Shown piece after piece: positions 38,169 to 52,187 of a DNA stretch of 64,000 bases (its first letter is position 1; each line of letters opens with the position of its first letter). A program made the position numbers and the translations under genes. The notes beneath the pieces were generated by a model, which saw only the letters and a program-made list of their open reading frames with translations, had not been told where the DNA came from and did not search any database. The DNA lies in NCBI GenBank assembly GCA_963813535.1, contig CAWEZH010000003.1, positions 896,001 through 960,000 of the forward strand. The letters run 5' to 3'. The DNA comes from an uncultured Chloroflexia bacterium (GTDB lineage: Bacteria; Chloroflexota; Limnocylindria; Limnocylindrales; CSP1-4).

Positions 38169-39182
38169 TCAGCCCGACACGCCGCCGCTTGGTGGTGGGC
38201 TGCCCGTGAGCAGGACGGCGACGGCCAGGGCGAGCAGCCCGATAGCGACCCACATCGACGCGCCCAGGAGGACCGGGCGGCCGCCGATCCCCGCCAGCGA
38301 CCGGAGGTCGGTCGCCATGCCGACGCCGGCCAGGGCGACCAGGATCAGGAGCGACGCAAGGGTCGAACACAGGTCCGCGAGGGTGCCGCCCGTCGGGAGC
38401 GGGACGTCCAGCAGGCCCGCCGAACGGAGCGCGGCGACGGCGATGAACCCGACGACGAACCACGGGACGGCGCGGCCGACCATCGCGAGGCGGGACGTCC
38501 GTGCGGCATCCGGATCCGGGGCCGTCGACCGCGCGACCAGCCACGTCGCGCCGAGGAGGACCGGCAGGATCGCCAGGTTCCGGGTCAGCTTGACGACCGT
38601 CGCGACGTCGCCCGCTTCGGGCGAGTAGGCGTAGCCGGTCGCCACGACCTGGGCCGTGTCGTTGACGGCCAGCCCGGCCCACGTGCCGAAGACGGTGTCG
38701 TCCAGACCGAGCACCCGCCCGAGTACCGGCAGCAACAGCACCCCGATCAGACCGAAGATCGTGATGGTCGACACCGCGTACGCCGTGTCGCGGTGCTTGG
38801 CGCCGATGATCGGCGACAGGGCGAGGATCGCCGAGTTGCCGCAGATCGCCATGCCGACCGTGATGAGCGCCGACAGCGGCGGCACGAGTCCGAGCCGACG
38901 GGCGAGCCAGGTGCCGAGCACCAGCGCCGTCACGACCACGATGACGATGGCGACGATGCTGCCGGCCCCGGTGCTCAGGAGTTGGCCGAGCGTGAGCCGC
39001 GCACCGAGCAGGGTGATGCCGAGGCGCAGCGCGTACCGTGCCGCGAGCGTCGCGCCGGGCAGCACCGCTGCGCGAACGCTCGTCGCGGCCCCGACCGCCA
39101 GTCCGAGCGCCAGCGCGACCGCCGTCTCGAGACCGAGCTGGAGCACCGAGCCGGTCCATCGCGCCACCGCGGCCACGACCAC
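38169..39182 (-). CDS. YeiH / putative sulfate exporter family membrane protein
   Basis: LRLGITLLG, GMAICGNSAI, NDTAQVVA and VKLTRN motifs. The start may extend to about 39242. Confidence 0.85.
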   Translation of the reverse strand: MVVAAVARWTGSVLQLGLETAVALALGLAVGAATSVRAAVLPGATLAARYALRLGITLLGARLTLGQLLSTGAGSIVAIVIVVVTALVLGTWLARRLGLVPPLSALITVGMAICGNSAILALSPIIGAKHRDTAYAVSTITIFGLIGVLLLPVLGRVLGLDDTVFGTWAGLAVNDTAQVVATGYAYSPEAGDVATVVKLTRNLAILPVLLGATWLVARSTAPDPDAARTSRLAMVGRAVPWFVVGFIAVAALRSAGLLDVPLPTGGTLADLCSTLASLLILVALAGVGMATDLRSLAGIGGRPVLLGASMWVAIGLLALAVAVLLTGSPPPSGGVSG

Positions 39183-39238
39183 GCACGCGGCGAGTCCCAG
39201 GGCGAGGCCGACTTCCGAGCGCGGGGGAGCCGCAGCGG

Positions 39239-40222
39239 TCAGAGTCGGACCCGGGGCGGGCTGTCTCGGTCGAACATGTGGACCGTGTCGACGAACCGGA
39301 CCTGCTTGGCCTGGTAGGCCATCACGAGCGAGTGGGTCCGAGCGCCACCGCCGAAGAACCGCACGCCCTGGAGCAGGTCGCCGGTCGTGACACCGGTGGC
39401 GGCGAAGACGAGGTTCTCGCCGGGGGCGAGGTCCTCGGTCGTATAGACGCGCTCCTCATCGCCATGCCCCATGCGCGTCCCACGCTCTCGCTCCTCAGGG
39501 CTGCGGTACCGGAACCGCGCCTGGATCTCGCCACCGAGGCAACGCAGCGCGCCGGCAGTGATGACGCCTTCGGGAGCACCGCCGATGCCCATGACCGCGT
39601 GGACACCGGTCCCGGACACGGCGCAGGAGATCGCCGCGGACAGGTCGCCATCGCCGATGAGCTTGATCCTCGCGCCGGCTTGGCGGACCTCGGCGATGAG
39701 CGCCTCGTGACGGGGTCGCTCGAGGATGACGACGGTGATATCCGAGATCTTCCGGCCGAGTGCGTCGGCGATCCGCCGGAGGTTCTCGGTCGGGCTGACA
39801 CGGATGTCCACCTTGCCTGCGGCGATCGGGCCGACGCAGAGCTTCTCCATGTACGTGTCGGGTGCATTGGTCAGGCCGCCGGCCTCGCTCGCACAAAGCA
39901 CGGTGATCGCGCCCGCCTGCCCGTGGGCGACAAGGTTCGTGCCCTCCAACGGGTCGACGGCGATGTCGATGGCGGGCACCTCGGCGCGCTCCGCGCCCGT
40001 CTTGCCGACCCGCTCGCCGATGTACAGCATGGGCGCCTCATCGCGCTCGCCCTCGCCGATGACGATGCGGCCCGCGAACTCGATCTCGTCCATCGTCTTG
40101 CGCATCGCGCTCGTTGCCGCGGCGTCCGCTTCGTCCTTGGCACCCCGCCCCATGAACCGCGCCGACTCGATAGCGGCCGCCTCGGTCACCCGGACCATCT
40201 CGAGCGCCAGCAGTTGTTCCAT
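39239..40222 (-). CDS. glpX: Class II fructose-1,6-bisphosphatase
   Basis: [30 protein letters not shown] and GGAPEGV motifs. Confidence 0.95.
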   Translation of the reverse strand: MEQLLALEMVRVTEAAAIESARFMGRGAKDEADAAATSAMRKTMDEIEFAGRIVIGEGERDEAPMLYIGERVGKTGAERAEVPAIDIAVDPLEGTNLVAHGQAGAITVLCASEAGGLTNAPDTYMEKLCVGPIAAGKVDIRVSPTENLRRIADALGRKISDITVVILERPRHEALIAEVRQAGARIKLIGDGDLSAAISCAVSGTGVHAVMGIGGAPEGVITAGALRCLGGEIQARFRYRSPEERERGTRMGHGDEERVYTTEDLAPGENLVFAATGVTTGDLLQGVRFFGGGARTHSLVMAYQAKQVRFVDTVHMFDRDSPPRVRL

Positions 40223-40275
40223 CTACGAACCGTCAGGGGCCGCTAGGCGGTGCGGGGAACTGACAGGGCCGCCGC

Positions 40276-41823
40276 TCAATGTCGAAAGTGCCTTCTACCG
40301 GTGAATACCATGGCCATGTGGTGTCGGTCGGCGACTTCGATCGCCATCTCGTCGCGGATCGAGCCGCCCGGCTGGATGATCGCGGTGACGCCCGCGAACG
40401 CCGCCGCTTGGATGCCGTCGGGGAAGGGGAAATACGCGTCCGACGCCATGACCGCCGTCTTGGCCCGATCGCCGGCGCGCCGCAATGCGATCTCGACCGA
40501 CACCTGGCGTGACGCCTGGCCCGCGCCGATCCCGACGGTCGCCGCGTTCCGCGCCAGGACGATGGCGTTCGAGCGGACGTGGCGGACGGCGCGCCACGCG
40601 AACAGGAGGTCCGTCAACTCCTCGAGCGTCGGACGGCGGCGGGTCACGACCTGGAGCTGGCCGCGGTCGAGGCCAAGGTCGTCGAGATCCTCGACGAGCA
40701 GGCCGCCGGCGACGCGCTTGAAGTCGAGGTTGGCGATCCCGTAGTCGCGCATGCCATCGGTCGGGTCGGGCGGGACGGCGAGCAGTTCCAGGCCCGCCTT
40801 CGACTTGAGGATGCCGATCGCGGCTTGGCTGAAGCCCGGGGCGACGACCGCCTCGTATGAATTCGCCGCGATCTCGCGTGCCGTCGCGCCATCGAGCTCC
40901 CGATTGACACCGACGATCCCGCCGAAGGACGCCACGGGATCCGTTTCGAGCGCGTGCCGATACGCCTCGACGAGTTCGTCATGGGAGGCAAGGCCGACCG
41001 GGTCGGTGTGCTTGGCGATCGTCACTGTCGGGGCCGTGTAGTCGCGGGCGATCTGGTACGCCGCGTCGAGGTCGAGCAGGTTGTTGAACGAGGGCCGGTC
41101 GCCCTGCAGCTGGGTCGCGTCGGCGAGCGTCGCGCTCCGGTGCGTCGTCTCGCGATAGAACGCCGCGCGCTGGTGCGGGTTCTCGCCATAGCGGAGGTCG
41201 TCGACCTTCTCCAGCACAAGCGCCAGCCGCCGCGGGAAGACATTGCCGGAGATCTGGTTGAGATAGGCCGCGATCTCGGCGTGGTAGGCGGCGACCGTGC
41301 TGAACGCCTCGGCGGCGAGCCGTGCGCGCGTCTCGGCGCTCACCTGGCCGAGCTCCTTGAGCTCGCCGAGGATCGCGTCGTAGTGCGACGGGTCGGATGC
41401 GGCCGCGACGCCCGCCGAGTTGCGGGCGGCAGCGCCGAGCAGCGCCGCGCCGCCGACATCGATCATCTCGATCGCCTCGTCGATGCCGACCAGCTTGGCG
41501 CCGACGGTCGGGGCGAACGGCTTCACGTTGACGATGACGATGTCGATCGGGATGATCCCCTGCGCCTTCAGGTCGGCCATCTGATGGGGGACGTCGCGCC
41601 GCGCGAGGATGCCGGCGTACACGGCGTGATGGAATGTCTTGACCTGGCCGCCGATGGTCGGCTCGCCGTCGGTCAACTCATTGACCGACCCGACATCGAT
41701 CCCCTCACCGGCGAGGTATTCGCGGGTGCCGTCGGTGGCGAACATCTCCACGTCGAGGGCATGGAGTACCCGGGCGAGCGCCGCGATTCCCTCCCGGTTC
41801 GCGACTGACAGCAGGGCTCGCAC
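40276..41823 (-). CDS. purH: Bifunctional AICAR transformylase/IMP cyclohydrolase
   Basis: [49 protein letters not shown] and RHFRH motifs; GGAGG RBS before the GTG. Confidence 0.93.
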   Translation of the reverse strand: MRALLSVANREGIAALARVLHALDVEMFATDGTREYLAGEGIDVGSVNELTDGEPTIGGQVKTFHHAVYAGILARRDVPHQMADLKAQGIIPIDIVIVNVKPFAPTVGAKLVGIDEAIEMIDVGGAALLGAAARNSAGVAAASDPSHYDAILGELKELGQVSAETRARLAAEAFSTVAAYHAEIAAYLNQISGNVFPRRLALVLEKVDDLRYGENPHQRAAFYRETTHRSATLADATQLQGDRPSFNNLLDLDAAYQIARDYTAPTVTIAKHTDPVGLASHDELVEAYRHALETDPVASFGGIVGVNRELDGATAREIAANSYEAVVAPGFSQAAIGILKSKAGLELLAVPPDPTDGMRDYGIANLDFKRVAGGLLVEDLDDLGLDRGQLQVVTRRRPTLEELTDLLFAWRAVRHVRSNAIVLARNAATVGIGAGQASRQVSVEIALRRAGDRAKTAVMASDAYFPFPDGIQAAAFAGVTAIIQPGGSIRDEMAIEVADRHHMAMVFTGRRHFRH

Positions 41824-41939
41824 CCGGGGCGTTCCTCCTCCCACCGCGCGGCCGTCGGGAGCGGACCGCTCCGGCCGAGTATAGCGTCCGACATGGCATA
41901 CTCCGGCGCACCGATCGACCCACCCATCGCGAGGCAGCG

Positions 41940-42380
41940 ATGACGCTTGCGCCCTGGGACTACCTCTTCACGTCGTTCAACAGCCACAACTTCCCGGACC
42001 TGTTCCACCCGACATGGATCGCGTCCGCGGTGCTGCTGGCCGCCCTGATCGTCCTCTACCAGATCCGGACGCGGGCCCTCCACCGCCACCAGCCCTTCGT
42101 CGATCTCTGGGAGTGGCTGTGGTGGACCGGGCTGATCACGTTCAGCCTGCTCATCATCGAAGCCCTGTTCGTGTTCGACTTCATCCTGGTGCTCGCTACG
42201 GCGATCATCGGCCTCGGCACGCTGGTCTGGATCCGCTTCGTGCGCTTCCCGCCGATCCTCCGCGCCCACGAGCAGCGACTGGCGCGGCAGCGCTACTTCA
42301 CCAAGCAGAAGTTCGCCGACCCCGAGGCGACGATCCGACGGCGCAGCGGTCCACGGCGGCAGCGCCGGCGGCGGCGCTAG
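41940..42380 (+). CDS. Small membrane protein (3 TM, basic C-terminal tail)
   Basis: Hydrophobic segments, GC3-biased codons and a GAGG RBS. Confidence 0.7.
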   Translation: MTLAPWDYLFTSFNSHNFPDLFHPTWIASAVLLAALIVLYQIRTRALHRHQPFVDLWEWLWWTGLITFSLLIIEALFVFDFILVLATAIIGLGTLVWIRFVRFPPILRAHEQRLARQRYFTKQKFADPEATIRRRSGPRRQRRRRR

Positions 42381-42387
42381 TCGCGCG

Positions 42388-42861
42388 ATGCCCATCGAGA
42401 TCCGCAGGTTCGGCGTCGGGTACCGTCGGCCCGACGGGCCGCCGGGCACGAGTGGGGTGACCGGTCAGCCGATCCACTCCGACGCTCGCGGGGCGATCAG
42501 CGAGATGGCGTTCGCGCGCGGGGCGGCGATCGAGCCGCATGCCAACCCCAACAGCTCCTGGTTCATCGTGATCGAAGGCGGCGGCTGGGTCGGGGTCGGC
42601 GAAGAGCGGACACGAGTCGCGGCGGGGGAGGCCGTCCTGTGGCCGGCCGACGTCCCGCACGCCGCGTGGACCGAGCACTCTGAGATGCGGGCGTTCGTCG
42701 TCGAGTTCGCGGGAGCGGACGACAGCGCTCTCGCGAATGTGATCGAGGGCCGGGCGATCGATGCCGGCGCCCTGGGCGTCCCGGTCGAGCGGGGTGTGGG
42801 GCACCTCGTGTCCGAGGGCACCCGGATACGCCACGACCCGGAGGCCGGCGAACCGGCCTGA
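42388..42861 (+). CDS. Cupin domain protein
   Basis: PH....WFIVIEG.G and GE....PADVPH cupin motifs. Confidence 0.8.
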   Translation: MPIEIRRFGVGYRRPDGPPGTSGVTGQPIHSDARGAISEMAFARGAAIEPHANPNSSWFIVIEGGGWVGVGEERTRVAAGEAVLWPADVPHAAWTEHSEMRAFVVEFAGADDSALANVIEGRAIDAGALGVPVERGVGHLVSEGTRIRHDPEAGEPA

Positions 42862-42878
42862 CCGGGCCGTGACGGCGG

Positions 42879-43091
42879 GTCGGGACCTCCTCCTGTCCCT
42901 GCCCGCAGATGGATTCGGATGCCGCTACTCGTCCATACGGGCGAGACGGTCGAGTAGATCCAGGAAGCCGTGGACCTCGTCGGTCGGTGGCTGGCCGGAG
43001 GCCTCGCGGAACGCAACCTCCCGTCCGGGTGCCATTGGGGTCGGCACCCGGGCACTTGGGCGATCCACCGATGTGGCTCGCAGGTCCCGAC
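42879..43091. ncRNA. Candidate structured non-coding RNA (unassigned)
   Basis: Perfect 10-bp terminal stem GTCGGGACCT/AGGTCCCGAC enclosing hairpins (CCGGGTGCC/GGCACCCGG, TACTCG/CGAGTA, GGAGG/CCTCC), in an otherwise unexplained ~300-bp gap. Confidence 0.35.
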
Positions 43092-43156
43092 ATGACGCCA
43101 CCAGTGCGCCTTCGGGCCGTCGCCTCGACGGAAGAAGGGGGCGTTCGGTTCCCGGG

Positions 43157-43825
43157 TCAGGCCGGCGAGCGTTCCGGGGGTGTCTCGGTGCCGGCGATGA
43201 CGGCGCCGAGCTGGCTCAGGACGCGCGCCGTCGCGCCCCACACCGACAACCCATCGACTTCGTAGTGGCTGTAGCGGATCGGCCATTCGCGGATCGTCCG
43301 CTCGACGACGCCTATGGGAGCGTCCGGCAGGAACGTCGCGATCGGGGGCTCGATGATGCGGACGACCTCGGCCGCGGCCGCGACGAGCTCAGGACGTCGC
43401 GAGGCGAGCGCGACGACGGGCGTCACGGCAAAGTCGCTGACGGGGATCCAGAGGCGGTCGAGCAACCCGACGACGCGAACCTCCGCCGCGACGGCATCGA
43501 GCCCGATCTCCTCCTCCGCTTCGCGGAGGGCGGTGGCGACGGCGTCGACGTCCTCGGCCTCGGCCTTGCCGCCGGGAAAGCTCACCTCGCCCGAGTGGTG
43601 TCGGCCATCGACGGTCGGCCGCTCGATCAGCACCACGCGTGCCTCGCCCGCATCGTCGGGGTAGAGCAGCACCAGGACCGCGGCCGGGCGCCCGCCCGGG
43701 ATCGCCGCCCCTGCGGGCGCCGGCCAGCCGACACCATCGAGCCGGACCGGCAGCAGGGCCTCGAGCGGCGGAGGGAGCGGGTCGGGCAGCGGTTCCAGGC
43801 GGGCGGCGACAGCCTCGAACCGCAT
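43157..43825 (-). CDS. Nudix hydrolase, CoA pyrophosphatase family
   Basis: AAVL, HSGEVSFPGG.......ALREAEEEIG and VWGATA motifs. Confidence 0.9.
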   Translation of the reverse strand: MRFEAVAARLEPLPDPLPPPLEALLPVRLDGVGWPAPAGAAIPGGRPAAVLVLLYPDDAGEARVVLIERPTVDGRHHSGEVSFPGGKAEAEDVDAVATALREAEEEIGLDAVAAEVRVVGLLDRLWIPVSDFAVTPVVALASRRPELVAAAAEVVRIIEPPIATFLPDAPIGVVERTIREWPIRYSHYEVDGLSVWGATARVLSQLGAVIAGTETPPERSPA

Positions 43826-43844
43826 CCCCGGCCGCGCCCCCGCG

Positions 43845-46598
<2,754 letters not shown>

Positions 46599-46602
46599 CG
46601 TC

Positions 46603-47682
46603 CTAGCTCTCTCGTGCTCGGGGATCGGGTTGGTCGGCGAGGGTCAGGAATCGCTCGGCGGCGGCCCGCGCGTCCTCTGACAGGTCTGTCGGGAGGATCA
46701 CCTTCGCCTTGACATAGAGGTCGCCGTGGCCGTCGGCCTTGAAGCGCGGCATGCCCTGGCCGGTGAGCCGGAATGTCCGACCGGGTTGCGTGCCGGCCGG
46801 GACCGTGAGGAGCACGCGGCCCTTGAGCGTGCGGACGTGGACATCGGCACCCAGCAACGCCTCCTTGAGCGTGAGCGGCAGCTCGCGCTCGAGGTCGGCG
46901 CCACGCCGGGTGAACGTCCGATGCTTCGTCTGGCGGATGGCGACGTACAGGTCCCCGCCACCGGGTGCCTTGCCGGTCAGCCGGATGCGCGTGCCCGTAT
47001 CGGCGCCCTTCGGGATCGTGACCTCGAGTCGCTTGCCGTCGACCTCGACCAGCCGGCTCGTGCCGTGGTACGCCTCGTCGAGGGTGATCTCGGCGACCGC
47101 CTCGGCCGACGGCCGCGGTGGGGTCGCCGTGCGGCTGCCGGCCGTGCGCCCGCCAGGCACACGTGTCGTTCCGTCGGCGTCGAGTCCCATGCCGGCGAGG
47201 ATGTCCTCGAAGGTCGGGCCGCCGGTCGGGCGAGTCCCGCGCCCGGGGCCGGTGTCGCGATTCGGCTGGGACGCGCCGGCGAAGAACGCCTGGAAGAAAT
47301 CGCTGAACTCGCCGGCGTCGCCTGTCGAATGGAATTCGTAGCGGACGCCACCACCGGGACCACCGAAACCCGAGAACCCGGCGTACGGGTTGCCCGTCGG
47401 GGCGCCGGGGCGTGCGCCGCCCGCCGCGGACCCGGCGGTCGCCCCCGCTCGGGCGTACGCCTCCCAGTCCTTGCCCAGGCGGTCATAGAGGGCGCGCTTG
47501 TCCGGATCCGACAACACGGCGTTCGCCTCGTTGACGGCCTTGAACTTCCGCTCGGCCTCGGCATCGCCCGTGTTCGTGTCGGGGTGATGCTTCCGGGCGG
47601 CCTTGCGGAACGCCTTCTTGATGTCCGATTGGGACGCGGCCCTCGGTACCCCGAGGACCGCGTAGTAGTCCTGGTATTCCAT
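46603..47682 (-). CDS. dnaJ: DnaJ class II / CbpA-like co-chaperone
   Basis: [12 protein letters not shown]-domain, G/F-rich region and C-terminal domain; no Zn finger. Confidence 0.9.
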   Translation of the reverse strand: MEYQDYYAVLGVPRAASQSDIKKAFRKAARKHHPDTNTGDAEAERKFKAVNEANAVLSDPDKRALYDRLGKDWEAYARAGATAGSAAGGARPGAPTGNPYAGFSGFGGPGGGVRYEFHSTGDAGEFSDFFQAFFAGASQPNRDTGPGRGTRPTGGPTFEDILAGMGLDADGTTRVPGGRTAGSRTATPPRPSAEAVAEITLDEAYHGTSRLVEVDGKRLEVTIPKGADTGTRIRLTGKAPGGGDLYVAIRQTKHRTFTRRGADLERELPLTLKEALLGADVHVRTLKGRVLLTVPAGTQPGRTFRLTGQGMPRFKADGHGDLYVKAKVILPTDLSEDARAAAERFLTLADQPDPRARES

Positions 47683-47710
47683 GGCCGGACTACTGCCTTG
47701 GCGCCGCTCC

Positions 47711-47807
47711 GGCGAGTCCGAGGCAAGGCGCCGGGGAGCACGCGAGCGAGCGCACCTCAAGGTGCGTGAACGAGCGCGCGCAGCCGGCAACGCGGCATCG
47801 GGCCGCC
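47711..47807. repeat. ~100-bp structured intergenic repeat (REP-like), copy 3
   Basis: Lies between lon and dnaJ; homologous to the other two copies, with compensatory stem changes. Confidence 0.75.
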
Positions 47808-47823
47808 GTAGCGGTGCCCATGG

Positions 47824-50319
47824 TCAGTGCCTCTCGACTACGACCGGGGGCTGGTCGGTCGGCGGGAAGTTGGTCCTTCGGACCGTGGTCTCGGGCTCCG
47901 GCTCGATCGGATCGCCACTCTTGACGACCTTCGGCGGCTCGGCGTCGAGGGCCTTCGGCTTGCGCCGAAGGGCTGCCTCGAGCACCTGCTCCATCGTGTC
48001 GACGAGGATGAGCTTCATCGACTTGCGGATCTCGTCGGGGATATCGCGCAGGTCCTTCTCGTTCTTCCTCGGGATGATCACGGTCTTCGCGCCCGAGAGG
48101 TGGGCCGCGAGGATCTTGCTCTTGAGCCCGCCGATCGGGAGGACCCGACCGCGCAGGGTGATCTCGCCCGTCATCGCCACGTCCTTGCGGACCGGGATGC
48201 CGGTCAGCGCGCTCACGATGGCGGTCGCCATCGTGATCCCGGCCGACGGCCCGTCCTTCGGGATGGCTCCCGCCGGGACGTGGATGTGGAGCGTGTTCTT
48301 CTCGAAGACCGCGCGCTCGATGCCGAGCTCAGAGGCGTGTGCCCGCGTCCACGACAGGCCTGCCCGCGCGCTCTCACGCATGACCTCGCCCAGCTGGCCG
48401 GTGAGGATGAAGTCCTCCTTGCCCTCCATGCGGGTCACCTCGATGGCGACGACATCGCCACCGACCTCGGTCACCACGAGGCCCGTGGCCGAACCGATCT
48501 GGTCCTCGGCCTCGAGCTCGCCGTACTCGAAGCGCTGCGGTCCGAGGAACTCGGCCAGCTTCTTCGCGTCGACGACGGTCTTGCGCTTGCGGCCCTCGGC
48601 GACCTGCCGGGCGACCTTGCGCATGACGTTGGCGATCTCACGCTCGAGGTTCCGGACGCCGGCCTCGTGCGTATAGGAGCGCACCAGCTCGGTCATCGCC
48701 TCGTCGGTGATCTGGATCGTCTTCGGGGTCAGACCGTGGTTCGTCATCTGCTTGGGGATGAGGAACCGCTTGCCGATCTCGATCTTCTCCTGCTCGGTAT
48801 AGCCGGGCAGGTGGACGATCTCCATGCGATCGCGCAACGGCGGCGGGATCGGATCGAGCAGGTTGGCCGTCGCGATGAAGAGCGTCTTGCTCAGGTCGAA
48901 CGGCACCTCCAGGTAGTTGTCCTGGAAGGTGTTGTTCTGCTCGGGATCGAGGACCTCGAGCAGCGCGGACGACGGGTCGCCCCGGAAGTCCATGCCGATC
49001 TTGTCGACCTCGTCGAGCATGAACACCGGGTTGTTCGACCCGGCGGTCTTGATGCTCTGGATGATGCGACCGGGCAGCGCGCCGATGTACGTGCGCCGGT
49101 GACCGCGGATCTCCGCCTCGTCGTGGATGCCGCCGAGGCTCATGCGGACGAACTTGCGGCCCATGGCCTTGGCGATGCTCTTGCCGAGGCTGGTCTTGCC
49201 GACGCCGGGCGGTCCGACGAAGGCCAGGATCGGGCTGCGGATCTCGTCCGCCAGGGTGCGCACCGCGAGGTACTCGAGGATGCGTTCCTTGATCTTCTCC
49301 AGGCCGTAGTGGTCCTCTTCGAGGATCCGGGCGGCCTCCTTGATGTCGAGCTGGTCGTCGGTCGACACGTTCCACGGCAGGCCGATCAGCCAGTCGACGT
49401 ACGTGCGGATGACTCCGACCTCGGGCGACGCCGAGGGGATGCGGCTCATGCGGTCGATCTCCTTGATCGCCCGCGCCTTGATCTCCTCCGGCATGCCGGC
49501 GGCATCGACCTTCTCGCGCAGCTCGTTGATCTCGGCCTGCTGCGGGTCGTCCTCGCCCAGCTCGCGCTGGATCGCCTTGAGCTGCTCGCGGAGGATGTAC
49601 TCCCGCTGGGTCTTGTCCATCTCCGACTTGACTTCGGACTGGATCCGACCCTTGAGCTCGAGGATCTCGACCTGGTTGGCGAGGAAGTTCGAGACGAGCT
49701 TGAGGCGCTCGGTGACGTCGATCGTCTCCAGCAGCTCCTGGCGCTGCTCGGTCGACATGTCCGGGCTGTACGCGACCATGTCGGCCAGCAGGCCCGGCTC
49801 GGTGATGTTGCGTGCGGCGACGGCGGCCTCCGGCGGCACCGGAGCCCCGTTGGCCACGTACTGCTCGATCTGCGCCTGGACCGTGCGCATCAGCGCCTGG
49901 ACCTCGAGGCCGTCGGGGGACTCGTCAGGGAGCTCCTCGATGGATGCCCGGAGGTACGGCTCGGTCTGTGTGAAGCCGCGCAGGCGCAGCCGCGATTGGC
50001 CCTGGACGATCGCCCGGACGGTGCCGTCCTGCAGCTGGACGACCTGGGCGATCTTGGCCAGCGTGCCGATGGCGTACAGCTCGGAGGGGTCGTTGATGTC
50101 CTCCTGCTCGGCCTGGCGCTGGGTGACGAGGGCGATGGGTCCGCCTTCGGTGACCGCGGCGTTGAGCGCGTTGACGCTCTTCTCGCGGCCGACCTGCAGC
50201 GGGACGATCATCTCGGGGAAGATGACCGTCTCCCGGAGTGCGACGAGGGGCAGGTCTCGTGGACCGTTGTCGGTCCCTTCCTGGATCTCCTCGACCGGGT
50301 CTGACGGTCGCTTGGCCAT
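47824..50319 (-). CDS. lon: Lon protease (endopeptidase La)
   Basis: [26 protein letters not shown] and AMTGEI..GGLKSK motifs; AGGAG RBS before ATG 50319. Confidence 0.97.
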   Translation of the reverse strand: MAKRPSDPVEEIQEGTDNGPRDLPLVALRETVIFPEMIVPLQVGREKSVNALNAAVTEGGPIALVTQRQAEQEDINDPSELYAIGTLAKIAQVVQLQDGTVRAIVQGQSRLRLRGFTQTEPYLRASIEELPDESPDGLEVQALMRTVQAQIEQYVANGAPVPPEAAVAARNITEPGLLADMVAYSPDMSTEQRQELLETIDVTERLKLVSNFLANQVEILELKGRIQSEVKSEMDKTQREYILREQLKAIQRELGEDDPQQAEINELREKVDAAGMPEEIKARAIKEIDRMSRIPSASPEVGVIRTYVDWLIGLPWNVSTDDQLDIKEAARILEEDHYGLEKIKERILEYLAVRTLADEIRSPILAFVGPPGVGKTSLGKSIAKAMGRKFVRMSLGGIHDEAEIRGHRRTYIGALPGRIIQSIKTAGSNNPVFMLDEVDKIGMDFRGDPSSALLEVLDPEQNNTFQDNYLEVPFDLSKTLFIATANLLDPIPPPLRDRMEIVHLPGYTEQEKIEIGKRFLIPKQMTNHGLTPKTIQITDEAMTELVRSYTHEAGVRNLEREIANVMRKVARQVAEGRKRKTVVDAKKLAEFLGPQRFEYGELEAEDQIGSATGLVVTEVGGDVVAIEVTRMEGKEDFILTGQLGEVMRESARAGLSWTRAHASELGIERAVFEKNTLHIHVPAGAIPKDGPSAGITMATAIVSALTGIPVRKDVAMTGEITLRGRVLPIGGLKSKILAAHLSGAKTVIIPRKNEKDLRDIPDEIRKSMKLILVDTMEQVLEAALRRKPKALDAEPPKVVKSGDPIEPEPETTVRRTNFPPTDQPPVVVERH

Positions 50320-50396
50320 CGTTGGGTTCTCCTGATGCTCGGGTTCGATGTCGCTGCGGCGGCGCCGCTTCGACTGTTGGATCGGTGGTCGGTCGG

Positions 50397-50792
50397 TCAA
50401 CGGTCGGCCGTCGATCGATCGCGTTCGGGTTCGGGGTCCGGTTCGGGGTCCGGCGTCGGGCGACTATGGATCCGAGCCGGCGAGGCATCGCCCATGCCCT
50501 CGGCGTACAAGGCTTCGAGGATGCGGGCGCCGAGGCGCTCCTCGAGTTCGAACAGGATGCGGATGCCCGCGAGGTTGACCCCTCGTTCGCGGGTCAGGTG
50601 CCGGATCCACAGGATCCGGCGGATGTCGTTCTCGCTGTACAGGCGGATGTTCGTCGGCGTCCGCGCCGGGCAGAGCAGGCCCTCGTCCTCGTAGATCCGC
50701 AGGGTCCGCGGATGCACGCTGACGATGCTTGCCGCCACGCTGATCACGTAGACGGGTCGCTCGGGATCGCGTTCCGGTCGGGGCGATGCCAT
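50397..50792 (-). CDS. hspR: MerR family heat-shock repressor HspR
   Basis: PVYVISVAA....HP.TLR.YE..GL..P.R....RLYS..D and GVNLAGI; first gene of the lon-dnaJ-clpB operon. Confidence 0.88.
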   Translation of the reverse strand: MASPRPERDPERPVYVISVAASIVSVHPRTLRIYEDEGLLCPARTPTNIRLYSENDIRRILWIRHLTRERGVNLAGIRILFELEERLGARILEALYAEGMGDASPARIHSRPTPDPEPDPEPERDRSTADR

Positions 50793-50856
50793 GGCGTCAG
50801 CCCGGCGTCTGGAGGTGGTTGCCGGCCTGACGACCGACTGTCGTGAACATGCTCGG

Positions 50857-50887
50857 ATGCTAGAACCCTGACAATAATGTTGTCAAG
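50857..50887 (-). promoter_or_regulatory. hspR operon promoter with an overlapping HAIR-like operator
   Basis: TTGACA-18 bp-TAGCAT, with inverted repeat CTTGACA-N7-TGTCAGG at 50867-50887. Confidence 0.7.
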
Positions 50888-50960
50888 ACTCCTACGCGAT
50901 TCGGCTAATGAAGTTTTGGCAATCCCCGGCACGCGACCCACGACTGCCGTCGGTGGACGC

Positions 50961-51641
50961 TCAGCGGGCGGCTGTCGCCTCCGGGTCGCCGATGAGCTGG
51001 CCGTGGAGCAGCTCCTCGCACTCCTGCTTGCCGATGGCGATGACTTTGTCGCCTTCGCGGAGCAGCGTGTCGGGCCGCAGCGGCGACGCCACGCCGTCGC
51101 GGATGACCGCGAACAGCGAACAGCCCTCGGGGATCTCGAGGTCGCGGGGCGCCCGCCCGATGGCGGGTGAGCCGGTCTGGAGGTGGGCTTCGATCAGCTC
51201 GAGCTCGCCTTCGCCGAGCGTCGCGAGATGCAGCAGCTCGTGGACCGGGATGTCCTGCTCGATCGAGCCGAGGATCATGCGCGTCGGGCTGATGAGCTCG
51301 TCCACGCCCAGATGCCGGAATAGTGACTCGTTCTTCGGGTTGTTGACGCGGGCGATGGTCCGCGGCACGTCGAAGTGGTGCTTGGCCATCTGGCAGATGA
51401 CGAGGTTGTCCTCGTCGTCACCGGTCACCGCGGCCACGACGTCCGCCCGGTTCGATCCCGCTTCGCCCAGGTATTTGCCCTCGCAGCCGTCGTGCGGGAT
51501 CACGATCGATCCGATCTCGTCGGCGATCTGCCGCGCCCGGTCTGCATCCTTCTCCATCAGAGCCACTTCGTGGCCCGAGTCCAGCAGCTCCTTGGCCAGG
51601 TAGTACCCGACCTTGCCACCACCAACGACCAGGACGAACAC
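50961..51641 (-). CDS. trkA: TrkA/KtrA family potassium uptake regulatory subunit (RCK_N + RCK_C)
   Basis: GGGKVG, AVTGDDEDNL, ARVNNP and IR.G..P..DT.L..GD motifs. Confidence 0.9.
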   Translation of the reverse strand: MFVLVVGGGKVGYYLAKELLDSGHEVALMEKDADRARQIADEIGSIVIPHDGCEGKYLGEAGSNRADVVAAVTGDDEDNLVICQMAKHHFDVPRTIARVNNPKNESLFRHLGVDELISPTRMILGSIEQDIPVHELLHLATLGEGELELIEAHLQTGSPAIGRAPRDLEIPEGCSLFAVIRDGVASPLRPDTLLREGDKVIAIGKQECEELLHGQLIGDPEATAAR

Positions 51642-51644
51642 GAT

Positions 51645-52187
51645 CTAGGCCTCCATCGACGCGCTCGGCGCGGCCGGCACGGTGCCGGTCGCCGAAGGCG
51701 TCTCGCTGTCGTCGGATTTGGGCAGCGGATGATGATCGCCGCCCGGATGATGACCGCTCGGTTCGAGCATGCCGGCCAGGCCGGATGGCGGGAACCCGAG
51801 GTACCCGTTCACCGCGTCGACCATCAGGCCCGTCCGACACAGGGTGGCGATGCCGAGCTCGGCGTACGCGGCCGCGCGCACCGGGTCGTTGATCTTCGCG
51901 ATGACGCGCGCCACCTCGAATGCCTCGACGGCGAGCTGTGCCGCCATGACGTTCCGGTTGTCGCCCTCGGTCAGGGCGAGGAAGACATCGGCACCCTCCA
52001 TGCCGGCGCGGCGCAGGACGTCCTCGTCCGTGCCGTCGCCGCGGACGGCGGTCCCGCCGAAGGTCGATGGCAGGCGCTCGAACGCGCGCGTCGAGATGTC
52101 CAGCACGATGACCTCGTGTCCGGCCGCGTCCCACAGCTCGGCGGCGGATGCACCGACTCGCCCGCAGCCCACGATGACGATCTTCAT
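51645..52187 (-). CDS. TrkA-N (RCK_N only) protein
   Basis: MKIVIVGCGRVG, GDGTD, GDNRN and KINDP motifs. Confidence 0.88.
   Translation of the reverse strand: MKIVIVGCGRVGASAAELWDAAGHEVIVLDISTRAFERLPSTFGGTAVRGDGTDEDVLRRAGMEGADVFLALTEGDNRNVMAAQLAVEAFEVARVIAKINDPVRAAAYAELGIATLCRTGLMVDAVNGYLGFPPSGLAGMLEPSGHHPGGDHHPLPKSDDSETPSATGTVPAAPSASMEA

Noticed and set aside
41824-41885. ZMP/ZTP riboswitch upstream of purH
   Set aside because: The leader is short, with one GC hairpin, and lacks the GACUGGCG...GCCUGGG consensus.
42862-43156. tmRNA, RNase P or SRP RNA
   Set aside because: No tRNA-like ends or tag ORF, no GAGGAAAGTCC motif and no SRP helix-8 motif.
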